From: Felis catus
Lineage: Eukaryota
DNA: 64,000 bases
Assembly: GCF_018350175.1 (NCBI RefSeq)
Contig: NC_058369.1
Location: 19,532,001-19,596,000, forward strand
Reading direction: 5' to 3'
Shown: piece after piece, positions 25,031 through 39,500 of the stretch
How positions within the stretch are numbered: position 1 is the stretch's first letter
How the letters are laid out: every line of letters begins with the position of its first letter
The notes under the pieces: generated by a model
What the model was told of the DNA's origin: nothing
Seen by the model: the letters and a program-made list of their open reading frames with translations, nothing else
Database searches by the model: none
Program-made: the position numbers and the translations under genes

Positions 25031-27479
25031 GTTCCCCCCAGTGCCCCATCGTCTCTAAGTGCCTTGACCTAACAACTCCTGGGCATCCTTCAAGATCCAG
25101 CTTTAAGGTCCTCAGTGAAGCTTCCTGCCTCCAGGCCAGTCCATGTCAGAGTACCCCAATGGTGTCCCCTTGAAAGCTCCCTTACAGATGTCAGTGATTA
25201 TGCAGTTCTGTATGTTAAATTAGAGGGCCCCAAGGGTTTTGCCCTCCAGCCACCTTTCGTGAATTTGACAGTTATGCACCTGTGTGCACAGTATGTGGCC
25301 TGCCCCTGTTTTGCCCCAGGTGTTGTGGGTCCCCTTGGCCAACTCTTTATCACCTTTCCTGCTGTCTGCTCCCTACACACTCTTGCTCTAACTGCTAGGC
25401 CCACATCGCCACCCAGTGGCGAGTCCTCTCATGGTTTCACTCAACAAATTTCCATATTCCAGGATAACCCCTCCTCCCACTCCAGGGATTGGCCTTGTCA
25501 CAGGATCTCCCTGCTTCTTCCTACCCAAAACAGTCACAAGATGGGTCAGTCACAATAATACCAGCAGTGCCTTCCTCAAAGTCTGGCTTATTTGGTCTCT
25601 CTACTCTCATCATTTGCAGCCTCTCCTCCCCCTGAAGGACAGTTCACATGCGTATGTGTGTAGGGGATATATTTAGCCCTCTCCTCCTCTCCCCACACTC
25701 ACTGGACCTCTTTGCCACTGTAAGCTATTCCAAAGGCCTCAGCCCTAGACTTCTTGGACATACAGCTATCATGGAGGACTGTGTGGCAAAGTCTGCCACC
25801 ATGAACCCACCCCTGCCCAGCCATCCCAAATGCTGAATTCTCCTATCAGTGTGCAGGTGGTTGCTGGAAAATGAGCAGCTAAGGGAAACCACACCTTCTG
25901 ACTCTCTTGGATTAAATGAGCAGTTGCAAAACATTTGTCTGTGATGGACCTACATGGGAAATGTGTGTGCTTTTGTAAGCGCTGGCATTGGTTATGGAGA
26001 CTGCAAGAGGACAGGCATCACCAGTGCTTACTTTTTACATTTCCCTATGGTTTGAATTTATTATAACAACCAAGTTTTACTTATGCAATTAAATTTTAAT
26101 TAAAAGAGATAAGTTAAAAAATACAATTATAAAATGTTTAGAATAATTGTAATCTAATTCCATTTTTAGAAAATAAGATATCTCAGCAACTACAGCATAC
26201 ACTGAGATAACTTTGGCTGGGACAAGGAGCCACCCTCAGCTGCCTAGCACTCTGCTTTTGAGTGGGACCCTGCTTGTCCAGAATGAGATCTTGCTCAGCT
26301 TTGGGCACCTGGCCCAAACCAATCACCTCCAGAGGGAGGATCCTTCTCCAGTCTCCAAGCTGCAGAAGTTTCCAGATCACAGGGCTTCCTCCAAGGCTCT
26401 GAGATCTTGGATCAGATTCTTAAGTGGGACTCAGGGAGAGAGATTCTGGGTCCAGCTAGGCATAAATGTGTGTATGTGTGTGGTGTGCATGTGCATGCCC
26501 ATGTGTCTGTACACATGTGTACATATTTGTGCATTTGTGTGCATATTTGAACATATGTGAGAGCATATTTGTACATGTGGATGTAGGAATGGGGCAGGGA
26601 GGCACAGGGGAGGAGAGCATCATTTGAGGGTAAGAGCTGGGCCCTGGAGTTGTTCTTCAGGGGTTGGGATGGAGACTCTGCCATGACAGCTACTGATCTT
26701 AGGCAGGTTGCTTGATCTCTAGGGCTTGTCTGTCTTGTAGGCTGTGTGGGATGTGTTTAGCCCTGCCTACTCTGGTTCCAGTGAGGTCATGGAGTGCCCA
26801 GGTAGAACACCCACACAGTGTCTAGTCCAAAAGAAGGGTTCAGTACGGTCAGTTGAGGTCATCATCAGGGCCTCTGCTTCACTGAACTCTGCTAGCTTGA
26901 AGAGTGTTTCAAGGAGACAGGTCAGAGCCCTGGGCACTTTCCTCCAGCACAGCAGGTTCCAGCTCTCCAGGAACTGCTCTGAAGAGCCTTGGACCTACAG
27001 GACCCCAGGAATCCACGTGCACCTACGTGCGTATTTGTGCTGGGGCATGCATGGGAGGTGGGTGAGAGCGCTAGTCCGGCCCAATCCCAAAGTCAGAAGG
27101 ACTCAGAGACACCTACGGGTGGGACCTAGGCTGTGCCTGCAGTTATGCCAGTGGCCTGTAGATGGCAGCAGAGGCCCGCGCAGAGATCATGACCCAAGGC
27201 TCCCTTTCCCAGTACCAAGTGAACCACTTTGTTCCAGTCCCTCAGTCTGAGGGTTGGGGAGTGAGAGGGGTGTGCTGGTGTAGTGCAGATTAGTCCCAGG
27301 AGAGAACAACACCCACTGCGACTCTAGACAAGTTGTTTCCTCTCAGGGGTCCTCAGTTTCCTCATCTGTGAAATGAGGTGTTTAACAGCCTGTGATGGGA
27401 AAACTATCAAAATACCTAAGGTATAAAATGGGCTCAGAATAGAGACCTAAATGTGGAAGGGAGCACCACATAGCCAAAG

Positions 27480-27840
27480 AGTATCTGGGGTGGGAGGAGG
27501 CGATTTTGTAAACACGATACCAAAAGCTCAAACCAGAAGGTGAAAAGTTGATGGATCTGACAAACGGGAATTTAGGATATCTGGTCTAAGGACGCTTCAT
27601 CCCAAACGGGGGGGGGGGGGGGGGGAGGGGGAAAGCCACGGATATGAGCAGGAGATGCACAGAAGGCGAGAGACACCCAGAGCCCACAGGGATGGGAAAA
27701 ACGCGAATCACAACGAAATGCCATTTCACGTGGCTCCATGGCAAAAATTAAGACTTTAGGTAACGCTGGCGGTGGGCCACCACTAAGGAAGTCGCAAGCC
27801 TTACAAGCCTTGCTAGAGGGCCGCCTGGCAGCGTGCAGAG
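27480..27840 (+). mobile_element. Ancient L1 (L1ME-like) fragments abutting the MAPKAPK3 CpG island
   Basis: GATACCAAAAGCTCAAACC...GAAAAGTTGATGGATCTGAC and ATGCCATTTCAC...ATGGCAAAAATTAAGA resemble the 3' part of L1 ORF2. Confidence 0.5.
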
Positions 27841-28164
27841 AAAACGCCCGACTCAAGTGGCTTCCTGTGGCTCCAAGAGAAACTGCGCTGTCACTTCGTA
27901 GGTCGCTGGTAAGCTCCGGGGCTCTCACTGCCCTCGCGGTCCCGGGGCCCGGGAGCTTAGGAGGTTTCCGCTCTCCTTCGGGAAGCCACGCCCCCTATTT
28001 CCGTCGGGGCTCAGGGGCGGGGCCCGCCGGAGGCTCCCTCCACGCCCGGTCCTGCCAGGGCCCGCCTGGCCCTTTAAGGCTGACCAAGCCCGGCCTCAAG
28101 TCGGGGACGCGCGGGGCGGGAGGGGGGGGGGCGTGGAGGAAAGGAGGGGGGCGGTCACGTGGGC

Positions 28165-28250
28165 CGCCGGCGGCGCGACTCGGCTCTAGGCGCTCGCGGC
28201 CGCTGGCTCCCGGGACCGCGGTCCCTGCCCCTCGCCGGCGCCGCAGCCAG
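28165..28250 (+). other. MAPKAPK3: MAPKAPK3 non-coding first exon (5' boundary approximate)
   Basis: CAG|GTACT donor at 28250/28251; acceptor TTCTCCCTCAG ending at 28551 precedes the ATG exon. Confidence 0.6.
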
Positions 28251-28522
28251 GTACTCTGCTGTCAGATACGCCCTTGCCAGGTACGCCCTCATAGGGCCCC
28301 CTCCACCTCCCTCTCCCAGAACCTCACGGTCACTTGGCGCCCGACCCTTTACCCTCTAGTCAGGTGTCAGGCCGGACTCCCTAGTGCTTGGTTGTGCGAC
28401 CACCCCTCCTGCCTCGCCTCTGTACTCTCCCGCAGTTCGTCCCGAACTCCCGGCCCCGTCCACGACCCGCAGCCCAGACAGGCTCTAGGGCTCCAATATT
28501 GGGGTGTATTGGAGGAGTCTGA

Positions 28523-28951
<429 letters not shown>

Positions 28952-31900
28952 TAAGGTCAGGCTCCTGGTCCTCCTTGCTTTACTGGTGGGGAAGTCGAGG
29001 CTCAGCTTAGCTAAACTCAGGATGTCCCTGAGAGCAAGGGGTGGAGTCAGTGTGAGTAGAGTCTGCTCTACCCGGAAGCAGGGAAGGAGCGGTTCCTGAC
29101 TCTGGGGTTAGGGCTGGCTGGGCTTCTGTGTTCCGGCAGGGAGTGGGGGTGGGGGGGTGGGGGCTTACTCAGCTTGGTTGTTCCTTCCATGAGAAACTCT
29201 TCTTCTCTTTCTCCTCCCCCCACCCTTCCTACTCCCCTCTCCTCTTCTTCTTTCTCATGAGAAGCTCTTCTGACTGGAATGAATCTGAGTTTCCTTCTGC
29301 CTGAGGCTGAGTCCCCACCAAGGCTTGGGGTGGGGCTGCTTTCTCCTATGGCCCCTGCCTGCCTGGGCTGGAGGGGTGGGAAACTCCCAGGGCTGGCTGG
29401 TGGGTAAGGATGGTGCCCATCACGTCTGTGAGCAGGAAGCTGCTGATGGGCTCCAGCTGAGTCACCGGCCCCATGTTGAAAGGGGCAGGCCCTGCTTCAA
29501 GCCTGACCCACCCTGGTTCCTGGGCAGAGGGTGGGCCAGCCATCTATTCATGTCACACCACAGCCTCCCCTGGAGGCCTGGCTAAGAACTCACTGATACA
29601 GGTGGAATCCAGGGAGTTCTGGAGGTGGTTGATCTAGCCACATAGTTCTGGCTTAAGTCACTTAGTTCTTGGCCCAGGACCCTGCCTCATACCCAGAATG
29701 CCTTGAATCTGTCATCACTGGGAAGTTCACTCCATTGTGGTTTGTGCCAGTGGCCACCTGGATGGGTAGATCATGGCAAGGAGAGCAGTTTTGGAGGTTA
29801 GAATACAGCAAAGGATCTTCTCATTTTACAGACATTGCAATTATGAGCTTGAGTGCAGGGTTCTGCAGACGTGGCTCTAATCTCTGGCCTGCATTTGCCA
29901 ACTCTGTGACCTTGGACTAGGTCCTGGACTCTGGAAACCAGGTTTCTGCCTCTGTTCAGGGGGAAAGATAAGGGGTTTATGTGAGCTTGGAATGTGATGG
30001 TGCCTGTAGAGTAATTGGTACTGGGTCTGGTGCAGGCCTGGAGAGGCTACGGGACTTATTTAGGGTACAGTGTCTGCAAGTAACTGAGCAGGGACCTGGG
30101 CCCAGCTCCTTGTGTCTTTCTTAGGGGCACTGGGGCTGATAGGATGGGTCTGGAGGTGGCTGGTCTGGGCTGGCAAGGCTGAGTCTCAGGCACAGCTTCT
30201 TCACCTACTAACCCAGTAGTGAAGTGGGGTTTGGGGTCCTCCTCTGAGTCCTTTGAGGGGGAAGTGGCTGTTCTCAGTGGGGAGTTTCCACCTCTTCCCT
30301 CAGCACCATCATAGCTCTCTCACCTCTTATGAGGTCAGGGGCAGTTTGGGTAGGCAAGGGGCCAAATGAGGCCAGAGAACCTCTTCTTAATACCAAGCCT
30401 TTGGCCCTGTGTGCCAAGGCTGAGTTCTGACCAGCCCCTATGGTGTTCCAGATGCTGTGAGCGAGGCAGGGATAGAGGGGGAGGCCAGAGATTGTGGGCC
30501 CAGGCAGCACCGCTTTAAGCAGAGCTGGGTCTAGGCCCTTCCCCATAGATGCTGTGTTTGACAAATGACTTGGGGGGGGGAACTTCTGACTACAACAGTT
30601 TCCAAAGCACTTCCTCTTGAATCTAGGGCTTCAATGCTTTCTCTGTTCTGGACTGTGAACTAGGACAGGCCTAGAATAAATTCTCCTGCTGTACCCCTTT
30701 AGGCTTTATGGGTGAATATGGCTAGGGCTACTGCCTTGGAACCTTCAGGACCTGGCCCTAAGTTGGCCCTCAAGGGGTACATGGATTAGATGTGGGCCCC
30801 ACTCCAACACTTTCCTTTTCTTGCCCCCAGCCCCCTTCCAGTGACCAAGTCTGGAAGTTTCTACCATCTGGCAGGTCTTTACCATCTTCCAAGATGGCAC
30901 TAGTACAACCTCTGGCACATCGTATGTGTACTGTGAGTGGTGGCTCTAACTTTGAGGAAGAGGGTGGCATTTTTTTGCTTAGCCTCTACCCCCTGCCATC
31001 TCTGCCCTTCTTGGTGGTCCAGGCCAAGTGCCCTGGCCTCTCTCCATGCCTGTCCTCTTGGCCTTGTTGTACAAGATGGCAGATAGTGCTTACCCTGAAG
31101 CCTGGAATGTAGCAGGCCCTCATCAAACAGGAAGAGTTGTGGTCAATGTCCTGTAGCCGTTGCTATTCTCTGGGGGCCCTGGAGGAGCAGGCTCCTCCCC
31201 GGGGAGCTGGGCCTCTTCCCCTTTCCCTCAGCTCCTGACACTGCTGTGGTTTATCTTGGCTTCACTCACACTCAGCTATTCTCTCTTGAGGCCAGTTTCT
31301 GCTGCTGGCAGGTCCTTCCACTCTTCAGTCCCCCCTAAGCACTTGCTGCAGTCCCGTTGGCAGGACCTAGAGGACTGCCCGCCAAGCATGGGGGGCAGGG
31401 GACTGCCTCCTACTGACCTCCTGCCTACGCCTCCTTCTAGGCCTACCTAATGAAACAGTATGCCTCAGTTTCACTCCTAACTGGGCACAGCCTTGTATAT
31501 CTGTCCCCCATTAGTCACCCCACCACATTTGAGACACAACCCTTCAATCCTCATCACATATGTGAAAATTGTGACCTGGAGTCTGTGGTCAGAAATCATG
31601 TAGCTTGATTAAGATTATAGCAGAGGCCAGAATCTCTTCCCCTCCTGATTTCCTGCCCAGCCCACTTGTGGTCCTCTGCCTCAGGGCAGGCAGAAGTAGC
31701 CATGGCACTTAGATAAATAAAAACCTAAAAAGCTTTGAGAAGACAGAGGGGTTCTGCATGCGGAAGAAGTGGATTCTTCTTTCCTACCACTGCTCTCTGG
31801 GCTCTGGGGCTAGGGGCCCTCCTCTCTGACCACTGAGTATGTTGGAGGCCCCAGGGCTCCCAGTGCCCTCCTCTTCCCTTCTTCTTCAAATAGAATGGAG

Positions 31901-34900
31901 TGGTGGGGTGCTGGGTCCCCATGCCAGGGAGTTCCCCACATTGTTCCATGGGTGGGGCTGGCCTGTTGAAGCTGGTGCTGTGGAGCTGGATTTGAGGCTG
32001 GGTGGGGCCACCAGGCAGGCCGGTACTTTCTCATTTGGCAGCAGCCACCCCCTCACCTACCAACTCCAGACCGGTCAGATCAGCCTTGGCGGGGCCATTT
32101 GTTACCGAGTCAACAAGTCAGGAAGCATGTGGAGGGGTCGGCAGTCCTGTGCAAAGGAGTCCCCAGTAGGGCTTTCACTGTGCCCAACCACCTCCCCCAC
32201 CCCCACCCCAGGCCGTCCCTCTCCTGGAAGGAAAGAATTTGAGGAGCTCATGTGCTACCATGCTGGTAGAAAGTTCTGAACTGCCAGAGGTGGGCAATTT
32301 GCTGTTTAAACAAAGATTCTAGGAAAGGCATCAAACCCTAAAACCTGCAAATAGTGGAGTTTTTGGCAGAGATTGTTTGAGCTGCTTCGTACCTGCCCAT
32401 GCATTTGCAAGCTGTGCTCAAAGCCTAAACTGCTGCTGGGACTGCCAGGGTCTTCCCACCCTATCCAGGAGCTGACACAGTCTTTAGGCCTTGATGCTGC
32501 AGATTCTAATATTCTCAAAAATGGCCAACAGTTTCCCAGACTGTTCTGATGGGTCCTATCCCCAATGCATGAGATGTGTTATGTTACCTAATTCTTGTCA
32601 TTCCCATTTTATGGACAAAATTGTTGCTATTCAGCAAGGCGAATGACTTGCCCAAGATGCACAGCTGACGAGTGGCAGGACTGTGACGTGAGCCCAGGCA
32701 GTTTGATGCCAGAGTCTTAGCATTTAAGTCACCCTGTGCCTCATGATAGTTTATGGGGACAGGGGATGGTTTCTAAGACTTGGCCCCTGGAAGGGTGCTG
32801 TCATCATCTTCCGTGGTTCCACTGGGAGCCCTGATAGCCCCAGCTGGGCCCCAAGTGATGCTGCTGGTATTTGTCTCTATCTGCCCAGCTCTCCTCACTG
32901 TGTAAGACTGTCTGCTTGTGAGCAGACAAGTAGTCCTGCAGGCCAGCACACAAGGGCCATGACGGCTGTGGGACTGCCTCAGAAAGGTTGTGTGGTTTGT
33001 CTCAAGCCTTTTGAGTCTCAGACAAGCCCAGCCCAGCAGAGTCCAGGCTGCCACAGGCAGGAAGTCAGGTTGGTGAGTGGGCGAGAGGAAACTGTGTCAG
33101 GGCTGGGCCAGCCAGGGTAGACTTCCTGGAAGAGACCGCCAGCTTTAATCCAGGCCTCTGATCTGAGAAGGATGTGGATGACAGAGGAGGGCACGGGGTG
33201 TGTGTGACAGCATGCTGGTTTGGACAGCTCAACACCTACCAGCTCAACACACTACTCACAGTCGTGTGTCCTGGCAGGACGTGGCTGACCTCAGCAGGGC
33301 AGGTGTCCAGACCCCAATAAACCCTGGGGAGCCATAGAGGGACTGAGGGCTCTGTGGAAGAAGGGCCTTGAGAAAGGGCAGCCACTTTCCCTCTCCATTT
33401 GCCCACAACTCAGATTCATACCTCACCCCTAGGGGCCTCTGTCTATCTTTGGTATCCTTCCTCACAAAGTGGGCAAAAATCCTCCCTCCTTCCCCCAGAG
33501 CTTTCTTTCGTAACATCATCAGAACCATTGTAGAGCACTGTTGCTCAGGGTGCTCGAGGAGCTTCTGGGTCACCTGGGCTGTCATTCAGTTCAGGCTGTG
33601 TGGGAAGCGCCCGGTCTCTGTAACGACAGAGGTCTGTCGTGTCTCTGCTGAGGTTTGTACTTGGGGAAGTGAGTTCCCTGCATGGATCCCTCATCTTTCT
33701 CTCCAAGGGCCTCCTTGGGATATCATCATGGGATACCCCTGTGAGTGGGCAGCAGGTGGAGCATCTGGCTTTGCAGTCCCCCCACCTCCTTTGGTTCCAG
33801 CCTCGTGACTGGCTGCCATGTGTCCAAAGGTGATGGTCACCAGGCAAGAGCTGAAGACTGCAGTCAGCCGTAGGTGTGGTAAGAGTGTGCACCAAGCCCT
33901 CCTGCATGGGTGGGTCTCCTGCTCTTAGGACAATAAGAACATGGCTTTCACTGGCTCCCGTGATTCTCTAGGAGAATTTTGGTTCTGCTGGCCTGCTCCT
34001 GTCTGTTCAAGATCTTATGTGTTCCCACATGAGAGGCTGCCTGGGGTTGAGAGAGAGCAAGGCTCTGGGCTTGAAATCCTTCCTTCCACCTTCTCCCTGA
34101 GTGACCCTGGACAAAAAGGCACTTTTGGAATCTTTTGCAAAATCATCATCTCTGTGGTGTACTTGAACCCTGAGTTTGAACATGTGGCCGGAAGGAAGAT
34201 TCAGTCTTGGTGGCTGTACCTATCTCTGTGTTCCTGCTATGATACAGCACAGGCCAGTAGACACTCTTAGAGGGCAGAACTCTCATTTGGGGCTGCTTGA
34301 GTGCATTTTTTGGTGGCGTGTTATCAGTCTTTATGAGGACTCCCTTGGGCTCATCTTGCACCTTCGGGAAGCCAGCCCTTTGTGGGGTGAGAAAGAATAG
34401 TGTGAAAGGAACTTTGTATCCTGGACTCCCCCACCCCCTACCCTCCCACCCTTTTGGAATTAAGTGGATTAGGCCCTGTGTGATTGTGAATAAAGTCCTG
34501 CTGCTGGGAACCATGGGGGTTTTGCTTAGAGCAGGAGTATGAGAGGAGGCTGCTGCTTGGGGGAATAAGGAGCCTCAGGAGGCCTTTTTAGCACTGGACA
34601 GGCCAGAGATGCTGAGAATATTGATTTTGGGTTTTTTTGTGGGTTTGGTATTAGGGTTGCGTTTTTTTTTTTTTTTTTAAGGCTAGGGCTTTGTCCTTGC
34701 TGCTTTCTCTTTATGGCACTTTCTGTTCTGTCTCGTCCATTTCTTCTTTCCCCTCTCTGTTTCTCCTGCTGTCACTTAGTCCTTCCCCTCTCTCACCTTG
34801 CCACTTTCTCTCTGAGGAGTTTCAGGCTTAGCTGGGCCTCTTCTCTGCAGCCCACAGGCTGAGGGCAGGCATAGGACAGATGGGGCTGGGCGGGTGCTGG

Positions 34901-37900
34901 GAATTCATCCTAGTCACTCTGAAAGTCTCCCCCCAACAGGGTAGGGTAGGTGTAGGGCAGGAAAGAGGAGCATCTGGCTGTGCCCATGCCACTCACAATG
35001 TCCCCTCCTGCTGCTGGCCTTGACCAGTTGCTGGTGGCCTTGGCAGCCAGAGCAGTGGAGTCAGGAACATTTGGGCCAAGCTTGTAACCCGAGGTGTCTT
35101 CTGTGGAGTGTGGGAAGTTAGTTTCAACTGTGGCCTCCACCTTTGGGTCTTCTTTTATGGCTCAGTGGTTTGAGACTTTTGCTCAGGACAACAGTGTGAG
35201 ACCAGGAGCACTGTGACTCCCAAAGATTCTCTGGCTGAGACTGAGGAGAGGAGCTGGGGTCTGAGCCAGGGCCTCAGAGCCAGTGGGAGGAACTTGTGGA
35301 GAGTCTGGGAGGGCTTGAATGTTAGATGCAACCTACCTCTACTCTAGAAGCCAATACTGTCTATGGGCTGCCCCATACTAGCTGGGATGAGCACCCCAGA
35401 ACATCTGACTCTCTAGCCTGCACCCTGAACCTGACCCCCTCACCTCACTGACCCTCAGAGGCTATTTTCAGGGGTGTAATGGGCCAGGGCCTGGAGCTGC
35501 CACACTCATCACCCCATTCCTAAGGGTTCAGCCTCCAACAAGGGGCTCACAACTTGTTCTGTAGGTGTTCCCCCAACATAAAGTTTAATCCCCCTTCTCA
35601 GGCTGTGACAGAGGGACTGGCAAGTACTCTCCATGCTCTCTGGCAGGCAGTGGCACACAGAGTAGGAGTTGGGGGTGGGGGATGGGATAAGAGCACCCAC
35701 TTATCCCTTGAGTGCTTCCCACACACTAACCACAAACAGAAGAATCTAAGAATGGGTTGTATCACTCCAGTGTCATGGATGCAGAGACCGAGACTCAGAA
35801 AGGCAAAGTAACTCACTCAGAGTCACCGAGCAGGGGCATGCCCTGGCTGGGCTGGAACCCTTGGCCTGTGGGCAGCCAAGTTGTGGCTCGCAGCTATCCC
35901 TGGGGATCAGGAGCCAGACCTCTCTCCTAGGTCGCAGTCTACCCATCTATAAGATGAGGAGCTGGCTGCTCTGCTTGACAAGGTCCCCCGCTTCTAGCAG
36001 TGAAGACTTTTTTGGTGGGCAGTGATCGTGGGCAGTGCTGGGGAAGCAGACAGGCAGGTAGTGGCACAAGTAGACAGGCAGCGTGGAGACTGGCTAGAGG
36101 GGGCCCCAAGATGCCACTCCTGAGCTAGCTAGTAAATGTGCCAGGGGAACAGTCAGCTGTGTGACAGGGACAGGAGCTCTGGGGTTATGACTCAGCTTTG
36201 AAGACCTTTTTCCACTGTACTCCATTGCCCAGTTCAAGCCTTTAGTCAGGCTGAGCCTGTACCAGGGTGCATCTTTACCCTAGGGAGGCCTGAGAGAATG
36301 GGGATGAGTCACTGTTTGCCCATTCCTATGACAGGAGTGTCCCTCAGTGCTGCCAGGTTACTACCCTAGTCTCTCAGAGGACTTCCCCTTCCTCATGGCT
36401 ATGGCTCCATGGCATGATCAGAGACCAGGAGAATTTCCCAGAAGCTGGCTGGGTCTGGGAACCCTCAGAGCCCTCTAGCTGAACAGGAGCAGAAGAGAGA
36501 GAGGGGCTGGCGGGGGGCGGGGTGGTGGTGCTAGGGGGCACCAATGGAGATTGGAAGCCACTTGCCCCTGCCTCTCCTGGGAGAAGACTGAGTAACGTAA
36601 TGGATGCCTGTGCTCACCCAAGCCTGTGTGGGGAGCTGCAGGGACATGGATGAAGCCAAGTGAATTGAGAGCGATGCCAGCAGATACAGTGTTGGCTGTT
36701 GGCTTCAGGAAGAGCAGGTCTGGGGGATGGAGTTAGAAGTTTCCCTAGGGTCTTTGCACTGTGCCTCTTGGAGTAGTCCAATATGTCCCCCCTCCTGTCT
36801 CCCACACACATTTATTCCTTTGTTATCTTTGTGACATCTCCAGGGGGACAGAATCTCAGGGGTGCTGAATCTCCTATCTCTAGGGCTGGCCAGGGGCATG
36901 GCCTGCTGGGTGCCCTGGCCATATCCTCACTTGCCTTGGTCACCTTTTGCTTAGGGAAGGTGGCCACTGCCCTCTGTAGCCCCAGCAGCTATGTAGGCAT
37001 CACTGTGGCACAATGTGGGACACACACTGGCTGAGGTGGGAGTCTTCGTGAGGAGGGACCATTGAAGGAACATTCCTTCTGAGGTTAGAATAAAACATTT
37101 GTATTTGCTGAAATCTTCCAGTCTTAGGGTGAAAATGTCTCATTTTTACACTGTCATAGGAGAAATAGAACCAGGGTAATGTTTCACTAATTATGTAGCT
37201 GATTTTGACAGAAAAATGCTTTTTTCCTCTAAGAAGTTAAAGGAGGATAATAGAACCTGTACCCTCTGAGTATGTACTCAGGGACCTCACAAGGCACCTC
37301 AGCTCCTCCCCCCAAACCCCCCACTGTCAGAAGGCTGTGGGCAGAATGCTGGGATCTGATACCTGCCTGGGGCAAAGGGAGTTCTTGTCCTGCCACTTCA
37401 TGTGTAATCTCTAAGCGGGGTGTGTTTGTGTGAAGGTTGTAGCTCTCTCTGGGCCCCTATTTCCACCTGTGAAGTAGATGTTGGTAGTCCCAGACCAGCC
37501 TGTCCTCCTGTCCCCATTGCCACGTGTGAGGAGCCTGCACACCACAGATGGGGAACTGGGGCTCAGAGAAATTAAGGAATAAGCCCCAAGGTCACTGCAC
37601 ATTTTGCAGAAGGGGACTTTGCTCAAAAGGATGTATGGAGGACTTGAGGGTGTAAAGGTGGCTTCCACTTGAGGGAGTGAAGATATGCCTCTCCTCTAGT
37701 CTGCCAAGCTGAGAGCTGGGTGAGTTCCCTGGCTTGGGTCCCCAGCTCTCCACCTTGCTTCTCCACCTGCCCCCAGGATCTCTCCCCTGAGATTAGCCTT
37801 CTCATCCTCTCACCACCAGGAAGGGTCTTTCCCCTCCTCACTGAGCTTTTCACAGCAAAACAGAATCCATAGACTCTTGATTTTTCATTAATTTTTGCAA

Positions 37901-39349
37901 AGCTAGGTCTAATCCTGCCCCTCTCAGGATTTGAGACCATTTTCTGTGACCTGCTGGATTCCAGAGGCTGGGATCCCTCTGGGTGCCAGAGGCTGCATCT
38001 GGATTTCCCCAAGTTTTGAAGAACAGGGACATGAAGAGTGTGGGGCCACCTGAGGGCAGACCCAGGGGAATCCTGAAGCCAAGCAAACCTTGAAGCCCAT
38101 ATCCACTCAGTATGCACTTGGTACTGTGCTAATCTAAGCCCTCTGTGTATTCTCATTCCATCTTCATGGCCATCTGGGAACTTGCATACTGTCACTGTTC
38201 CCATTTTCCAGATTGGACCAGTGAGGTTCAGAGAGGTTGAATGGTCTGCCCAAAGCTTATAGGCAAGTGGAGGGTGGAAGCGACCTCTGCTTCTGGCATC
38301 CGGGTCTGTCTGACCTGGAGTCCCATGCCCATAGCTAGTCTTTCATACTACATGGCTCCCAGCCTAGGGTACTGGGATCTCTGGGCTTGCCCAGCCCACA
38401 CTTATGTTCCTGTTGTCTCTGTCCCTCCCTGCCGTGGAGCCCAGCTCAGCTCTCTCTTTCTGGAAGCATTCTTCCCCTCTCCCACCCATCTCCACCTCTC
38501 CCCAGACCTGGCACTTCTGCCTTTGTTTCCAGGTTGTCTGTAGCTGGTGGGAAACAGATAAACTGAGGCCATCAAAATTTAGCAAATTGAAGGAGTCTTG
38601 CGTTCCTGACTCAACAATTTCCAAATGTGTGTCAGATCTCCTGTCCGCAGAGGTTCCTGGGAAGACAGCCAGCTTGGAGCCTCAGCCACCCTCTCCCATC
38701 CTAGGGAGATGGTCAGGGAAGCTCCCAGCTTATCAGCTGTCCTACCCTCGTCCCCGCACTTCACTCCCTGTGATCAGGTGCTCTGGCCTTGGCCTAGAAG
38801 GGGGTTATTTGGAGGCTCCCCTTATTCCTAGGCTCCCTTGGCTAGGCTTCCCCACCTTGCCTGCTCTGCCAGGTTCTGGATCTAGAAAGAAAAGAAACGG
38901 GAGAGAAGGAGCCAGGACTAGTTCCCTAGGGCTTATATCCTCACCAAGTACCCTAATTTGCAATAACTCATCAATAAACCCCAAAATCCTTGAGGACAGA
39001 CTGCCTGTGGATGCATTCCCAGCCCTATCTCTGGGTCTAGCCCTCAGGCAGGGCCAGTAAATATTTGCAGAAGTAGGGAAGGGATTTGTAAAATGGGCAG
39101 GCCTCCCTGAGCATGAGGGTTGAATCTTGGTTCCCAAAAGACTCCTGGATGCCAGAGGTGGCTTACATATGTAAGCCATGAGACCCCGAGAAGCCCCAAA
39201 ACCTCCCTGAGCCTGAGTCTCCTCGGCCACTGTTACAATAACCACCAAGTGGCAGAGCCTAGTCTAGACCCCAGGGTATGGGGCCAAACCCCACATATGA
39301 AAGGAGCAAAACAGCTCTCTGCGTGGTCCCCACTGCCTAGATACCAGCA

Positions 39350-39500
39350 GGCAGGTTCAAGTCCTGACTGTCACTGCCCAGCTGTGTGACTTTGGGCAAG
39401 TCACCTAACCTCTCAGAATCACCGTTTCTCCACAGTTAAAAGGATGAAACTGGTTCTTCTCATGATATGGTGAGCACTGAATGAGGTGATGTCTATGACC
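39350..39500 (+). mobile_element. MIR SINE
   Basis: GGTTCAAGTCCTGACT...CTGTGTGACTTTGGGCAAGTCACCTAACCTCTC core. Confidence 0.7.

Noticed and set aside
26465..26585. TG/TA-rich tandem-like sequence
   Set aside because: Degenerate microsatellite; no repeat-spacer or other higher-order structure
38404..39060. 218-aa plus-strand intronic ORF
   Set aside because: Includes MIR-derived sequence; S/P/L-rich, with no domain evidence
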